DNA of 64,000 bases, taken from the NCBI GenBank assembly GCA_965226495.1, contig OZ245365.1:3936001-4000000 (forward strand). The letters are read 5' to 3'. Position numbers and translations under genes: made by a program. Shown here piece by piece: positions 20,265-29,996 of this stretch; the first letter of the stretch is position 1, and every line of letters begins with the position of its first letter. The notes beneath the pieces were generated by a model. The model made no database searches and had not been told where the DNA came from. It saw only the letters and a program-made list of their open reading frames with translations. The stretch comes from Candidatus Marinacidobacterales bacterium. GTDB lineage: Bacteria; Acidobacteriota; Vicinamibacteria; Marinacidobacterales; DATDRI01.

Positions 20265-21912
20265 TCAGAGCTCTGCCGTCTCAAGGAACCGTGGGGGCTT
20301 CCGCGCCTTGATCGCTTGTTCGAAAGCATAGGCTAGCTTGATGAGCGTGGGCTCGGTCCAAGCGCGCCCGAAGAACGACAAGCCGACCGGAAGTCCGTGA
20401 ACGAAACCCGCCGGCACGGTGATGCTGGGGTATCCTGCCACCGCCGCAAAGCTCGAGCTTCCGCCAAGGAAGTGATCGCCGTTGACGAGATCCGTTGTCC
20501 ATGCCGGCCCGCCGGTGGGCGCAACGATGGCGTCGAGCCGGTGCTTGTCCGTGGCTCGGTCGATCCCCTCCTCACGGCTTAGCCGATGGTTGGTCTCGAG
20601 CGCTTGGCGATATTCTGCGCTCGTCAGGGGCCCTTTTTCCTGCGCTTGCAGAAAAATCTCCTGGCCGAAGTACGGCATCTCCTCATCGGGATGAGTGTCG
20701 TTGAATGCGATGAGCTCGGCGAGCGACTTCGCGGGAGCCTTCGGGTCCGAGACCCTCCAGATAAGCGTTGAGATCCGCCTTGAACTCATAAAGCAGAACT
20801 TCCATCTCGGTATCTCGAGGCTCGCTACCGCCTTGTGACGTGAGTTTTCCGCTGGCGCTCGGCAACTCCACCGGATCGATGATCTCCGCTCCTCTTCTCT
20901 TCATCTCTGCGATGCCCTCTTCGAGAACCGCATCCACTTTTTCGTGAAAGCCGAACGACTGCCGCAATACCCCGATCCGTGCGCCACGTAGACCGTTCTC
21001 GTCGAGAAACGCGGTGTAGTCGGAATAGGAATGGTTCTAGCTCGCTGCGGTGGCCGGATCACGCGGGTCGACGCCAGCCATGGCGCCAAGGAGAATGGCG
21101 CCATCGGAAACCGTGCGGGCCATGGGCCCAGCTGTGTCCTGGCTGTGGGCGATGGGAATGATGCCCACGCGGCTTACGAGCCCCAGGGTCGGCTTGATCC
21201 CCACCAGACCATTCGCATTCGACGGGCAGACCACCGAGCCATCGGTCTCGGTGCCGATAGCGGCGGCGGTGAAATTCGCCGCGGTGGCCACACCCGAGCC
21301 CGAGCTCGACCCACACGGATTTCGATCGAGCGCATAGGGGTTGCGACACTGTCCACCCCGGCCGCTCCAACCACTCGAGGAGCGTGTGGAACGGAAGTTG
21401 GCCCACTCGCTCAGATTTGCCTTCCCGAGAAGAATCGCTCCCGCCTCACGCAGCTTCTGCGCCACGAGAGAGTCTCGTGAGGGGCGGGACCCTTCGAGAG
21501 CAAAGGACCCAGCAGTGGTGGTCATCTCGTCGGCGGTATCGATGTTGTCCTTGAGCAAAATGGGGATGCCGTGCAAGGGTCCTCGAGCGCCCTCGGCTCG
21601 ACGTTCCTCGTCGAGGTCGTCGGCGAGGGCGAGAGCGTCCGGATTCGTTTCGATGACGGATCGCAGCGTCGGCCCTTGTCTATCCATTGCCTCGATCCGC
21701 TGAAGATACATCTCGCTGATGGATCGTGCCGTGAAGCGCCCCGAGCTCATGCCTTCTTGCAGCTCGGAGAAGGTCATCTCCTCGAGCTCGAAGCTTCCCG
21801 GCTGCGGTCGAAGCGATGGCGGGGCGCTTTTCGGCAGAGCGGCCGACGGGGCGCTGCCAAGGGCCGCCGCACCACCGAGAAGGCTCTTGTGGAGGAACTC
21901 TCTCCGCTTCAT
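20265..21912 (-). pseudogene. Tat-exported amidase, disrupted
   Basis: MKRREFL Tat motif; GSSSGS and IGTETDGS signature; in-frame TAG at 21037-21039 and frameshift near 20745. Confidence 0.85.
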
Positions 21913-22029
21913 GAAGACTCTCCTTTCTTACACCGAGAGGGTGGGCTCTCTCGGAAAGGCAGATGAGAAAAAACCAAACTCGCTGAGCAAGTCGGAAAGC
22001 TGGAGACGAAGCTCTCGATCTTCAATCGC

Positions 22030-23736
22030 TCACTTCCCTCTCGGGACGAGGGAGAGGAACATCTCGCTCGCCATCCGCCAGGGAGCGAAACGCTTCGGTG
22101 GGCGCAACGTTCCCAGCAGGTACTGTTTCCGGGCTTCGTTTCGTCGAATCTTACCGTTCGATGTCCTCGGCAGCGTGCCCGGTTCCAAAACACGCACGTT
22201 GTCGACCGTCAAACCGATTTGCTCTAGGATTCGCCGGCGAATCTCTGCGCTCAGATGCGAATCCGTAGAAGAATTGCTCGCGCGGTTCCTTTCCGCGAGA
22301 ACAACGAGCTCCTCCCCATCGCCGTTCTCGGGAACGACTCCGATCGCCGCCAGGCATCCGCTGCGCAAGTGTGCGAGACCGTCCACAGCATGCTCGATGT
22401 CTTGGGGCGCGTAGTTACGCCCGCGTAAGACGACGAGGTCCTTATTGCGTCCATAGAGGTAGAGCTCCCCCTCGAATAGAAAACCCGCGTCGCCGGTATC
22501 GAACCACCCATCCGAAAACGCCTCACTCGTGATGGAAGGACCGCGAGCCAGCACGCGCCCCAGGCGCCCTGCTTTCAGTGCCTCGCCGTCTTCATCGACA
22601 ATCCGGATCTCGTAGCCGGCCAGCGGAGTCCCGACGCTTCCGAGCTCTTGTCCTTCGGTTGCGAGCCGGGCGATGCCTTCTCCGGCGAGGGCGCGTCGGT
22701 CAAACGTGTGAGCGCGAACCGCTCTTAATGGGTCTGAAAAAGTCAGGGCGAGCGTTGCCTCGGCCAGCCCGTAGACAGGAGTGAGAGCCTCCTCACGTAG
22801 GCCGTAGCGACGAAAACGTTCCAGGAACCGACGGAGCACGATGGGAGTGACGGGCTCCGCACCGTTGAGAGCTAGGCACCAGGAAGAAAGATCGACGCCG
22901 TCGAGCTCCTCATCGCGAATGCGATCGGCACACAAACTGTAAGCGAAGTTCGGCGCCGGGCTGACCGTCCCGCGATAACGAGAAATGGTGCGTAGCCAAA
23001 TCGCAGGGCGGCTTACGAAGTACTCGGGCGGGATAAGGATCAAATCGCTGGGATGCGCCAGGCTGGTAAGCACCGAGCCCACCAATCCCATGTCGTGATA
23101 GAGCGGCAGCCAGGACACGGTGATGTGCCTGATCTCCGGCCCTTCCGGGTACGATCTCAAGATCGTCTCGCGAATCGCATCCACGTTGGCCATGATCTGA
23201 CGATGCGTTAGGCGGACGGGTTTGGGCTCGCTGGTCGTGCCCGAGGAGAACTGGATAAGTGCCAGCTCATCCGGCGAAGAAACGACGCGCCCCGGTGCTT
23301 TGCGGGGAAGGTCTTCCATCGCGATGAGCCCCAGCTCGAGCTGGACCAGCTTTCTCGTCCGGCCCAAGAGCCTTCCAAGCATCGGCTGGGTCAGCACGAG
23401 CCGCGCCCTACTTTTTCCCAGCATCGCAGCCGTTCGCTCGTGGTATTCGTCTAATCGGCCAAGGCGAAAGGGCGGATAGAGTGCGACCGGGACGGCGCCG
23501 GCGAGTACGACACCAAAAAAAGCCTCGTAGAAATCGACCGACGTGGGGAGAATGATGGCCACCCTGTCTCCCAGCCCGATCCCTAATTCCTGCAAACCTC
23601 CCGCTACCTGAGATGCACGATGACGAATTTCCCGATAGGAGTAGAACGTTTCTTTTTCCCCGCGATCGATGAATCGAACACCGCGCTCAGAAGCGGACGC
23701 GTTCTCAACCAATCGACCGAGAGTCACCTCAGACAC
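22030..23736 (-). CDS. Fatty acyl-AMP ligase (FAAL)
   Basis: QFSSGTTSEPK, SWLPLYHDMGL, APNFAY, YGLAEATL, LPRTSNGKIRR; follows ACP. Confidence 0.9.
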   Translation of the reverse strand: MSEVTLGRLVENASASERGVRFIDRGEKETFYSYREIRHRASQVAGGLQELGIGLGDRVAIILPTSVDFYEAFFGVVLAGAVPVALYPPFRLGRLDEYHERTAAMLGKSRARLVLTQPMLGRLLGRTRKLVQLELGLIAMEDLPRKAPGRVVSSPDELALIQFSSGTTSEPKPVRLTHRQIMANVDAIRETILRSYPEGPEIRHITVSWLPLYHDMGLVGSVLTSLAHPSDLILIPPEYFVSRPAIWLRTISRYRGTVSPAPNFAYSLCADRIRDEELDGVDLSSWCLALNGAEPVTPIVLRRFLERFRRYGLREEALTPVYGLAEATLALTFSDPLRAVRAHTFDRRALAGEGIARLATEGQELGSVGTPLAGYEIRIVDEDGEALKAGRLGRVLARGPSITSEAFSDGWFDTGDAGFLFEGELYLYGRNKDLVVLRGRNYAPQDIEHAVDGLAHLRSGCLAAIGVVPENGDGEELVVLAERNRASNSSTDSHLSAEIRRRILEQIGLTVDNVRVLEPGTLPRTSNGKIRRNEARKQYLLGTLRPPKRFAPWRMASEMFLSLVPRGK

Positions 23737-23986
23737 TTTGGTGACTCTCCGAGAGTCGTCGGCCGATGAGCCGAACGACGTCTCCAACCGTTTCGAGACC
23801 TTCTTCGTCTCCGGAGTCGAAACGCACCCGGAAGTGGTTTTCGAGCTCGACGACTAACGTCAGTTGTTTCAAGGAGTCGAGCTGCAAATCGCGCAAGAGA
23901 TGGGTCTCGTTGGTAACGAGTGAACTCACTTTGAGGTGTTCCCGGATCACCTCACGGACCCCTTTCAAGATCTGCTGCGGGGTCAC
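23729..23986 (-). CDS. Acyl carrier protein
   Basis: DLQLDSL phosphopantetheine site; 85 aa, acidic. Confidence 0.9.
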   Translation of the reverse strand: MTPQQILKGVREVIREHLKVSSLVTNETHLLRDLQLDSLKQLTLVVELENHFRVRFDSGDEEGLETVGDVVRLIGRRLSESHQSV

Positions 23987-24579
23987 GCGGGGCGTCTTGC
24001 AAGTCGCTGATGCCGCTTAGGCCTCAGAGGAAAGAAACGGCGTCGGTCACCCAAGTGCTCCGAATATCCACAATGCGCGGCAAGTGCATTTTCCTCGCAT
24101 CGGATTCGCGTGCGGAGTATCCAGGCGTTCAAGAGAGTGAAACCAATCGCAGTAAGCCAGGCGGTTTGAATGAGAGGAATAGCTAGACCCTCCATAATCA
24201 CCGCAACGTAGTTTGGATGGCGCAAGTAACGGTAAGGGCCGCCCGTAACCGGCGTTGCCCCCGGCACGACGATGACGCGAATATTCCAATAAGGTCCGAG
24301 AGTGAGAACCGCCCAGTACCGAAGCGCCATAGCGGCAAGAGCCAGGCAAAGCATGGGATAACCGAGAACGGGAATGAAGGGTCGGCCGAGCAGAACGACT
24401 TCCGCACCACAAGAAAAAAGAAACCCGGCATGAAGCGCCTTCATGAAAAAGTAATGCCCTTGACCGAACTCTTTTCCACCTCGCTCGAAGGCCAATGCCG
24501 CGTGCCGTCGACTCAGGCCGACCTCGAAGAGTCGCTCCGCCGCGACGAGCCCCAAGAAGACCAGGTAGGGTGTCACCAT
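23983..24579 (-). CDS. Isoprenylcysteine carboxyl methyltransferase family (SrsB/BpsB-like)
   Basis: ERLFEV..SRRH, LG.YWN.R, GPYRYLRHPNY, RIRCEE. Confidence 0.9.
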   Translation of the reverse strand: MVTPYLVFLGLVAAERLFEVGLSRRHAALAFERGGKEFGQGHYFFMKALHAGFLFSCGAEVVLLGRPFIPVLGYPMLCLALAAMALRYWAVLTLGPYWNIRVIVVPGATPVTGGPYRYLRHPNYVAVIMEGLAIPLIQTAWLTAIGFTLLNAWILRTRIRCEENALAAHCGYSEHLGDRRRFFPLRPKRHQRLARRPA

Positions 24580-25622
24580 CGCAATAGCACCAGCTCCGAG
24601 CAAAAGCCCGGCCCCATCGCGAGCATCAGTCCATGGCTCCCCGTCGGCGGTCGCTGCCGTTCCATCGTGTCGCGCAACACCATCAGCACCGAGGCGCTCG
24701 AAAGATTCCCCACCGACCTCAGGCTTTCCCAGGTGAGCGTCAGGGCGTCGGGCGGCAGATCCAGGACTTTCTGGAATGCCTCCAAAACCTTAGGCCCCCC
24801 CGGATGACACACATAGCTCGAGATATCACCGCGGCTCAATCCGTGATGGGATAGAAACTTGTCAACGTCTTCACGGATGTGCTCTTGAACGACGCGGGGA
24901 ACGTCGGCGGACAAGACGACCCGGAAGCCCTCTTTCGTGATGTCCCAACCCATGACGTCCTCGGTGTCAGGGTAGAAAACCGATCGGCTATCGACCACCG
25001 TGGGACCTCCTTTCGCGCGGTTCTCCCCCACCATTATGGCCGCCGCCGCGCCGTCCCCGAAGAGTCCGCTGGCGATGATATTCGGAATAGATAGATCTTC
25101 GCGTTGGAGGGTCAGACTGCACAGCTCGACGGAAACGAGTACTGCGACTTGGTCCGGATGAGCAAGCAAATAGTCCGCGGCCCGTGCCACTCCCGCCGCC
25201 CCAGCGAGACACCCTAAGCCGAAAATGGGCGTTCGCTTCATGTCGGAACGTAGCCGAAGTCGGTTCGCTAGGAGCGCATCGATGGAAGGTGTCGCCACGC
25301 CCGTGGTGGTGACGAAAAAAATGTGATCGATCTCCTGAGCATCGAGACCGGCAGCTCCCAAGCCGTCGACGACAGCTCGCGCACCCAGCTCTACCGCGCA
25401 ACGAATGAAAGCATTGTTCGTCGCGGTAAAGGAATCGAGATCGTCGTACTCCTCGAGTGGCAGGGCCAGATGACGCCCCCCTACCAAGACGTTCTGGTGA
25501 AGGCTCTCCAATCGGTCGACATTGTAATGGCGTTTCGCCCAATGTTTCTTGAAGGCCGTGATGAGGGTCTTCTGATCGTAGTAGTTGTCGGGGAAAGCGC
25601 GGCCGACCGCGGCGACTTGCAT
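24573..25622 (-). CDS. Type III polyketide synthase (alkylresorcinol/alkylpyrone type)
   Basis: GLGCLAG (Cys), HPGGPK (His), GNLSSAS (Asn), MGPGF. Confidence 0.95.
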   Translation of the reverse strand: MQVAAVGRAFPDNYYDQKTLITAFKKHWAKRHYNVDRLESLHQNVLVGGRHLALPLEEYDDLDSFTATNNAFIRCAVELGARAVVDGLGAAGLDAQEIDHIFFVTTTGVATPSIDALLANRLRLRSDMKRTPIFGLGCLAGAAGVARAADYLLAHPDQVAVLVSVELCSLTLQREDLSIPNIIASGLFGDGAAAAIMVGENRAKGGPTVVDSRSVFYPDTEDVMGWDITKEGFRVVLSADVPRVVQEHIREDVDKFLSHHGLSRGDISSYVCHPGGPKVLEAFQKVLDLPPDALTLTWESLRSVGNLSSASVLMVLRDTMERQRPPTGSHGLMLAMGPGFCSELVLLRW

Positions 25623-25624
25623 TC

Positions 25625-26356
25625 CTAGTTCTCGGAAGCTTCCAGGGCCGTCTCCGTGAAGAGCCCCGGAGACAAGTTCTGGTTGATGCGAAGCTCGTCG
25701 AGTGAGAGAACGGTTTTGCTATCGCCGATGAGGCTTTTCATTTCGATGCGGTGCGCTATGGGAACACCGCCCACCTCGCGGATATCTGTCAGACGGGCCT
25801 CTTTGAGTGGGTCCAGGTCCTCGTCAAAAAAAACGGCTTTAGTCGTCACGAAATCGTCTTTTCTGACCCAGCCCTGGAGCTTGCCGTAGGCAATGCGGTG
25901 GCGAGGGACTCCTTCCATGACGTAGCAGGGAATGCCGTCGATGGCTTCCTCGCCGACCAAGCGATGCAGTAAATCATCGAGGTGGGCTGCCCCAGCCAGA
26001 TCGGCGTAAGAGATGTCCGAACCGAGAAACGGATCGTCCTGATTGCGACCAGCAATCGGGCGGACCAAGTCGAAATCCGGGAAGTAGGCCCACTGGCGGT
26101 TACGTTTCCCGCGCTGGGCAACAATTAGAAAGCGCATTCCCTCCATTTCCGCTGGCTCGAGGAGGGTGATGACGGCGCGATAGTCGACTCCCTCCCGCTG
26201 CATGATGAGCTCGAAGACTCGTTTCTTCGCCGCACCTTCGGCAACGATTTCCATGTGGACTCGGGCGGAAAGATCTTGGACCTGCAGGTCGACTTCTTTC
26301 GCACGAGCCACTATCGCGCCAGCCGAAAGCTGCGCAAGAAGCAGGACCGCGGTCAA
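25625..26356 (-). CDS. Outer-membrane lipoprotein-sorting (LolA-like) protein
   Basis: P.EMEGMRFL, QWAYFP...VR, FLGSDISYADL. Confidence 0.82.
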   Translation of the reverse strand: MTAVLLLAQLSAGAIVARAKEVDLQVQDLSARVHMEIVAEGAAKKRVFELIMQREGVDYRAVITLLEPAEMEGMRFLIVAQRGKRNRQWAYFPDFDLVRPIAGRNQDDPFLGSDISYADLAGAAHLDDLLHRLVGEEAIDGIPCYVMEGVPRHRIAYGKLQGWVRKDDFVTTKAVFFDEDLDPLKEARLTDIREVGGVPIAHRIEMKSLIGDSKTVLSLDELRINQNLSPGLFTETALEASEN

Positions 26357-27573
26357 CGGAAGGCCTCTTCGCGTCGAAGATAGAGCTTCATGCCAACCAC
26401 AAGATAGACGATTCCGAAGATCACCAGAGCGAGCAGACCCGGCGCGATGTCGGACAGGGCACGCTCACGTAGCATGAGGTCGTTGAACGCTTCCATCGCC
26501 CAGGCGGTGGGGAATAGATGCGCGAGTTTCTGGAGCCACGAGGGCTCGATGGATATGGGCCACCAGCAGCCTCCGATCGCGGCCATCACCATGATGGCGA
26601 TCGTGCCCAGCGGAAGCACGGAATCGCGGGTCGGAGCGAGCGCAGCAACCAACAACCCGAACGCGGCGGCTGCGAAGCTCACCCCCGCGATGACGAGCCC
26701 CATGGCCAATAATGAAGGGCCGAGGCTTATGCCGAACACGGCGTGGCCGAACGCGAACAGGATTGCCATCTGAACTACTCCGATGAGGAATCGCGAAACG
26801 ACTTTGCCGACCACGACATTCTCCGCCGCGATCGGGGTCGAGGCAAGGCGGTACAAGATCCCCCAACCCCGCTCGTCGACGAGACCGAGGCCCACACCGA
26901 GGAGCATCCCTAGCATGAGGAACGTGACGCCAAAGCCGGGAACGTTTTGATCAAATGCATTGAACGAGGTTCGGACGCTGGTCAGGCTTTCCTCTTCAAG
27001 CACTACCGACTTGTCGACGAGACGCGAGGCTAGCTCCCTCGCATCTTCAGCGACCTCTTCGAAGTCCACGTCTCCCGCGTACGTCAAGACTTCGACAACG
27101 GCGACGCGCGCGGCCACCTGTGATGCCACCAATCCCGCCTGAGCGCGACGCACCTCACCTTTGATCCTCAAGAGCTCCAAATGCTTCACCGGATCCGTCA
27201 GCAAGAGGAGACGCACCGACTGGCCTTTCCGAAATCCACGGGTAAACCCGGAGGGTATGACAAGCGCCGCGCCGGCCTCGCCGGTCTCGGCAACCAAGCG
27301 CCGAGCCTCCTGCTCGCCGACCTCTTCGAGCCGAACTCCCGAGGCTTCTTTGAGCGATGCCACGAGCTTGTCAGCAACGTCACCGTCGTCCAGGTTGGCG
27401 ACCGGCAACAGGAACTCTGTCTCCGAGCCTCCCCGGCTCCCGTAGAACGTCGAAAGGGAGAAACCCGCAACCGAGATGACCACAATCGGCGCAAGTACTA
27501 GGAAGAGTATGGCCACGCGATCGCGCGCCAGGAGGCGAAGGTCCTTGGCCACCAGCACCGCAAGACTTGTCAC
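26353..27573 (-). CDS. ABC-2 type exporter permease
   Basis: KDLRLLARD, ERGWG.LYRL..TP, GGCWWP, PTAWAM. Confidence 0.9.
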   Translation of the reverse strand: MTSLAVLVAKDLRLLARDRVAILFLVLAPIVVISVAGFSLSTFYGSRGGSETEFLLPVANLDDGDVADKLVASLKEASGVRLEEVGEQEARRLVAETGEAGAALVIPSGFTRGFRKGQSVRLLLLTDPVKHLELLRIKGEVRRAQAGLVASQVAARVAVVEVLTYAGDVDFEEVAEDARELASRLVDKSVVLEEESLTSVRTSFNAFDQNVPGFGVTFLMLGMLLGVGLGLVDERGWGILYRLASTPIAAENVVVGKVVSRFLIGVVQMAILFAFGHAVFGISLGPSLLAMGLVIAGVSFAAAAFGLLVAALAPTRDSVLPLGTIAIMVMAAIGGCWWPISIEPSWLQKLAHLFPTAWAMEAFNDLMLRERALSDIAPGLLALVIFGIVYLVVGMKLYLRREEAFR

Positions 27574-27618
27574 AAAGATGTATTCCCCCCCGAGCCCAGG
27601 TGCTCGCAGCCCCCATTC

Positions 27619-27838
27619 TAGCGCCCTGTATCAGTACTTCGTCACCTAAATCTCGGCCCCTTTTGCGCGCTGGCTTCGTTGTGACATTCGGTGCAGTTCG
27701 GCCTTCGGCCTAGCCCTCCGCTCGGCAGGCTCGCTGCGGAAGGCGGGAAATATCCAGATATGGCTTCGTCGTCACGCCTCGCCAACCCACAAAATGGCCT
27801 CGGAGCTTTAGGCAACGACACACTGATACAGGACGCTA
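27619..27838. mobile_element. 220-bp MITE-like element with long terminal inverted repeats
   Basis: TAGCGCCCTGTATCAGT...CCTAAA pairs with TTTAGG...ACTGATACAGGACGCTA; TA at both ends; inner stem gtgac/gtcac. Confidence 0.75.
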
Positions 27839-27918
27839 CCCGCTTATTCCTGCCGGAACGACACGAAATGGCCGAACCAGCCATCTGCGAGTAAACGATT
27901 TAGTATCAATCACTTATA

Positions 27919-27952
27919 ATACTTGACAAAAAAGTCATATATCTGACACAAT
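27919..27952 (+). promoter_or_regulatory. IscR type-1-like operator overlapping a TTGACA -35 promoter
   Basis: ATACTTGAC-AAAAAA-GTCATATAT (27919-27942); TTGACA 27923-27928; CACAAT 27947-27952. Confidence 0.7.
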
Positions 27953-27961
27953 AGGCACGCA

Positions 27962-28462
27962 ATGAAGATCACAGCCCAGGAAGAATACGGAATCCGCTGC
28001 CTACTCCAGCTGGCTCGACGCGCTGGCAGCGGCAAGCCCGTCACCGTCCGGGAAGTCGCCGCCTCGGAAAGTCTATCGCCCGCTTACGCGGAAAAGCTCC
28101 TGCGAGTGCTCAGTCGAGCCGGTCTCGCGGAGTCGATCCGAGGCACGCGAGGGGGGTATCGCATGACCAGGCCTCCGGAGCGAGTCACCTTGGGCGACGC
28201 CGTCCGTGCCCTCGGCGGCATCGTGACCCAGCCTGAGATGTGCGCGAAGTTCACCGGACAAGACGACTGCTGTGTTCACACTGCGGACTGCGGGTTGCGC
28301 CCGGTATGGTCCACTGTGAACACGCATGTTCAGAAGATTCTCGATGGCATGCCGTTGAATCTGCTGTTACAAGCAGAAAACAAAATCACCTCGCGATTGG
28401 ACGAGACCGTCGCCTCGTTGAACCGTTCCCTCGTCCCATTGCAGATCTCTGCGGAAGTATGA
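27962..28462 (+). CDS. Rrf2 family transcriptional regulator with Cys cluster (putative Fe-S sensor)
   Basis: EEYGIRCLL, S.RG.RGGY, C-x8-CC-x5-C. Confidence 0.92.
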   Translation: MKITAQEEYGIRCLLQLARRAGSGKPVTVREVAASESLSPAYAEKLLRVLSRAGLAESIRGTRGGYRMTRPPERVTLGDAVRALGGIVTQPEMCAKFTGQDDCCVHTADCGLRPVWSTVNTHVQKILDGMPLNLLLQAENKITSRLDETVASLNRSLVPLQISAEV

Positions 28463-29826
28463 GCATGAAAGCCCTATCGAGCCTGTCTAACTTAGGAGAT
28501 CTAACAGGCCTCACAGAGCAAACGTGGTCGCAGGTGGCTCCCGTCGATGAAGACTCGGGTGTCGGGCTGAGCACCTGGACCGAAGAACCAGAAGAGCGGT
28601 TTGAAGAAGAGACCGAGGAAACCGTCGCGACCGAGGCTACCGACCAGAAGGACGAAGATTTTCAGCCGGGAGCATCCCCGACCGATGTCGGCTACTTCTT
28701 GAATGTCGCGGGACGCTATCCGCTCCTTACGGCGGGCCGAGAAAAGGAGCTTGCCACGATTCTGTGGAGCGCACGCCGACGCCTCGTGCAAGCCATCGAG
28801 CTGGCGCGGCGAACGGAAGGCAAAACTAAAATCGAAGCTCCCGCACCGCTCCGCACCCCATCGCGGGTCTTGTCGCCGAACGCACGTCGACGCCTGATCG
28901 CCGCAGAGGAATATGCGGAGAGGTTATTGCGCTCGGTCGGAGAAAAGAAACACACCGGGGAAGGCCTCGACCATTCTCTCGCCGTCCCACCCGCGATGGA
29001 GCCGGCTCCAAGGCAAGGGCGTCGAAGCCGCAACTCGGTAACGCCCTTGCTCACCAAGAAACAGATCCAGTCGATCCTGCCGATTCTCAGAGAGTCGCTG
29101 GAACGCATCCGGGCGGTGCGCGAGGAGTTGGTGGAACACAATCTCAGGCTGGTGGTGTGGGTAGCTAAGTCGTACCGTGGACGCGGCCTCGACTTCGTCG
29201 ATCTCATCCAAGAGGGAAGCTTGGGGCTTCTCCGTGCGATCGATCGATTCGACCCCGCGGTAGGAACCCGTTTCTCTACGTTCGCTACACACTGGGTAAG
29301 GCAAGGCATTCGGAGGGCGCTGGCCGAGAAGGCGCGCACCATCCGGATTCCCTTGAACCGTCTCCCGGAGGCACGGGAAGCGGTCTACCAGCGACTCCAG
29401 CTGGCGAGGAAGTTGCGGCGAGCACCAACCCATATCGAAGTCGCTGCGCAGATGGGGGTTCCTCTCAAGAAGGTCGAAGAACTTCTACCCGCGTTGGGCC
29501 CGATCGACTCGCTCGACGCACCCTTGGCGTCTACCGATCTCCGCCATTCCGATCTCCTGGCCCACAAAGGCACTTCACCGCTCGAAGAAGCGATCGAGGA
29601 GGAAACGACCCAATCGATCCAAGCTTTGTTGGATCGCCTGCCCGAGCGAGAGCGGAACATTCTCGCGATGCGTTACGGAATCGGTTATCCGCGGGAGTGC
29701 ACGCTGGAGGAGATCGGAACCGCGCTCGGACTATCGCGCGAGCGGATCCGACAGGTCGAGCAGCTGGCGCGCCAAGAACTCCGCTCGCTCATGATGAACC
29801 TTCAACCCGACCTAGCCAAATCCTAG
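28459..29826 (+). CDS. RNA polymerase sigma70 factor, RpoD/RpoS-type (group 1/2-like, divergent)
   Basis: Region 1.2 YPLLT..REKELA; NLRLVV.VAK.Y.GRGL...DLIQEG; ARTIRIP; region 4.2 TLEEIG..LGLSRERIRQ; ATGA overlap with Rrf2 stop. Confidence 0.92.
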   Translation: MSMKALSSLSNLGDLTGLTEQTWSQVAPVDEDSGVGLSTWTEEPEERFEEETEETVATEATDQKDEDFQPGASPTDVGYFLNVAGRYPLLTAGREKELATILWSARRRLVQAIELARRTEGKTKIEAPAPLRTPSRVLSPNARRRLIAAEEYAERLLRSVGEKKHTGEGLDHSLAVPPAMEPAPRQGRRSRNSVTPLLTKKQIQSILPILRESLERIRAVREELVEHNLRLVVWVAKSYRGRGLDFVDLIQEGSLGLLRAIDRFDPAVGTRFSTFATHWVRQGIRRALAEKARTIRIPLNRLPEAREAVYQRLQLARKLRRAPTHIEVAAQMGVPLKKVEELLPALGPIDSLDAPLASTDLRHSDLLAHKGTSPLEEAIEEETTQSIQALLDRLPERERNILAMRYGIGYPRECTLEEIGTALGLSRERIRQVEQLARQELRSLMMNLQPDLAKS

Positions 29827-29947
29827 GGCCCTAGCGCGTGCCGGCCGCCAAAATACGGAGTGCTGCCATCAAAGTGGCCAGGCGGCGATGATGAATGTCC
29901 AGCCCGACTTGGCCAGCTCTTAGTCGGCGTCGACCCCTGTCACTTCT

Positions 29948-29986
29948 CGGGATCAGACTTGTGTCACATTTTGAGATCTGACCCCG
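29948..29986. repeat. REP-like palindrome (GGGGTCAGA/TCTGACCCC type) between convergent genes
   Basis: cgggatcagacttg...gagatctgaccccg. Confidence 0.55.
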
Positions 29987-29996
29987 GTCCCCGGTC

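Noticed and set aside
28240-28458. Extended N-terminus of the sigma factor overlapping Rrf2
   Set aside because: Overlaps Rrf2 by 220 bp; the ATGA-coupled start at 28459 is more plausible
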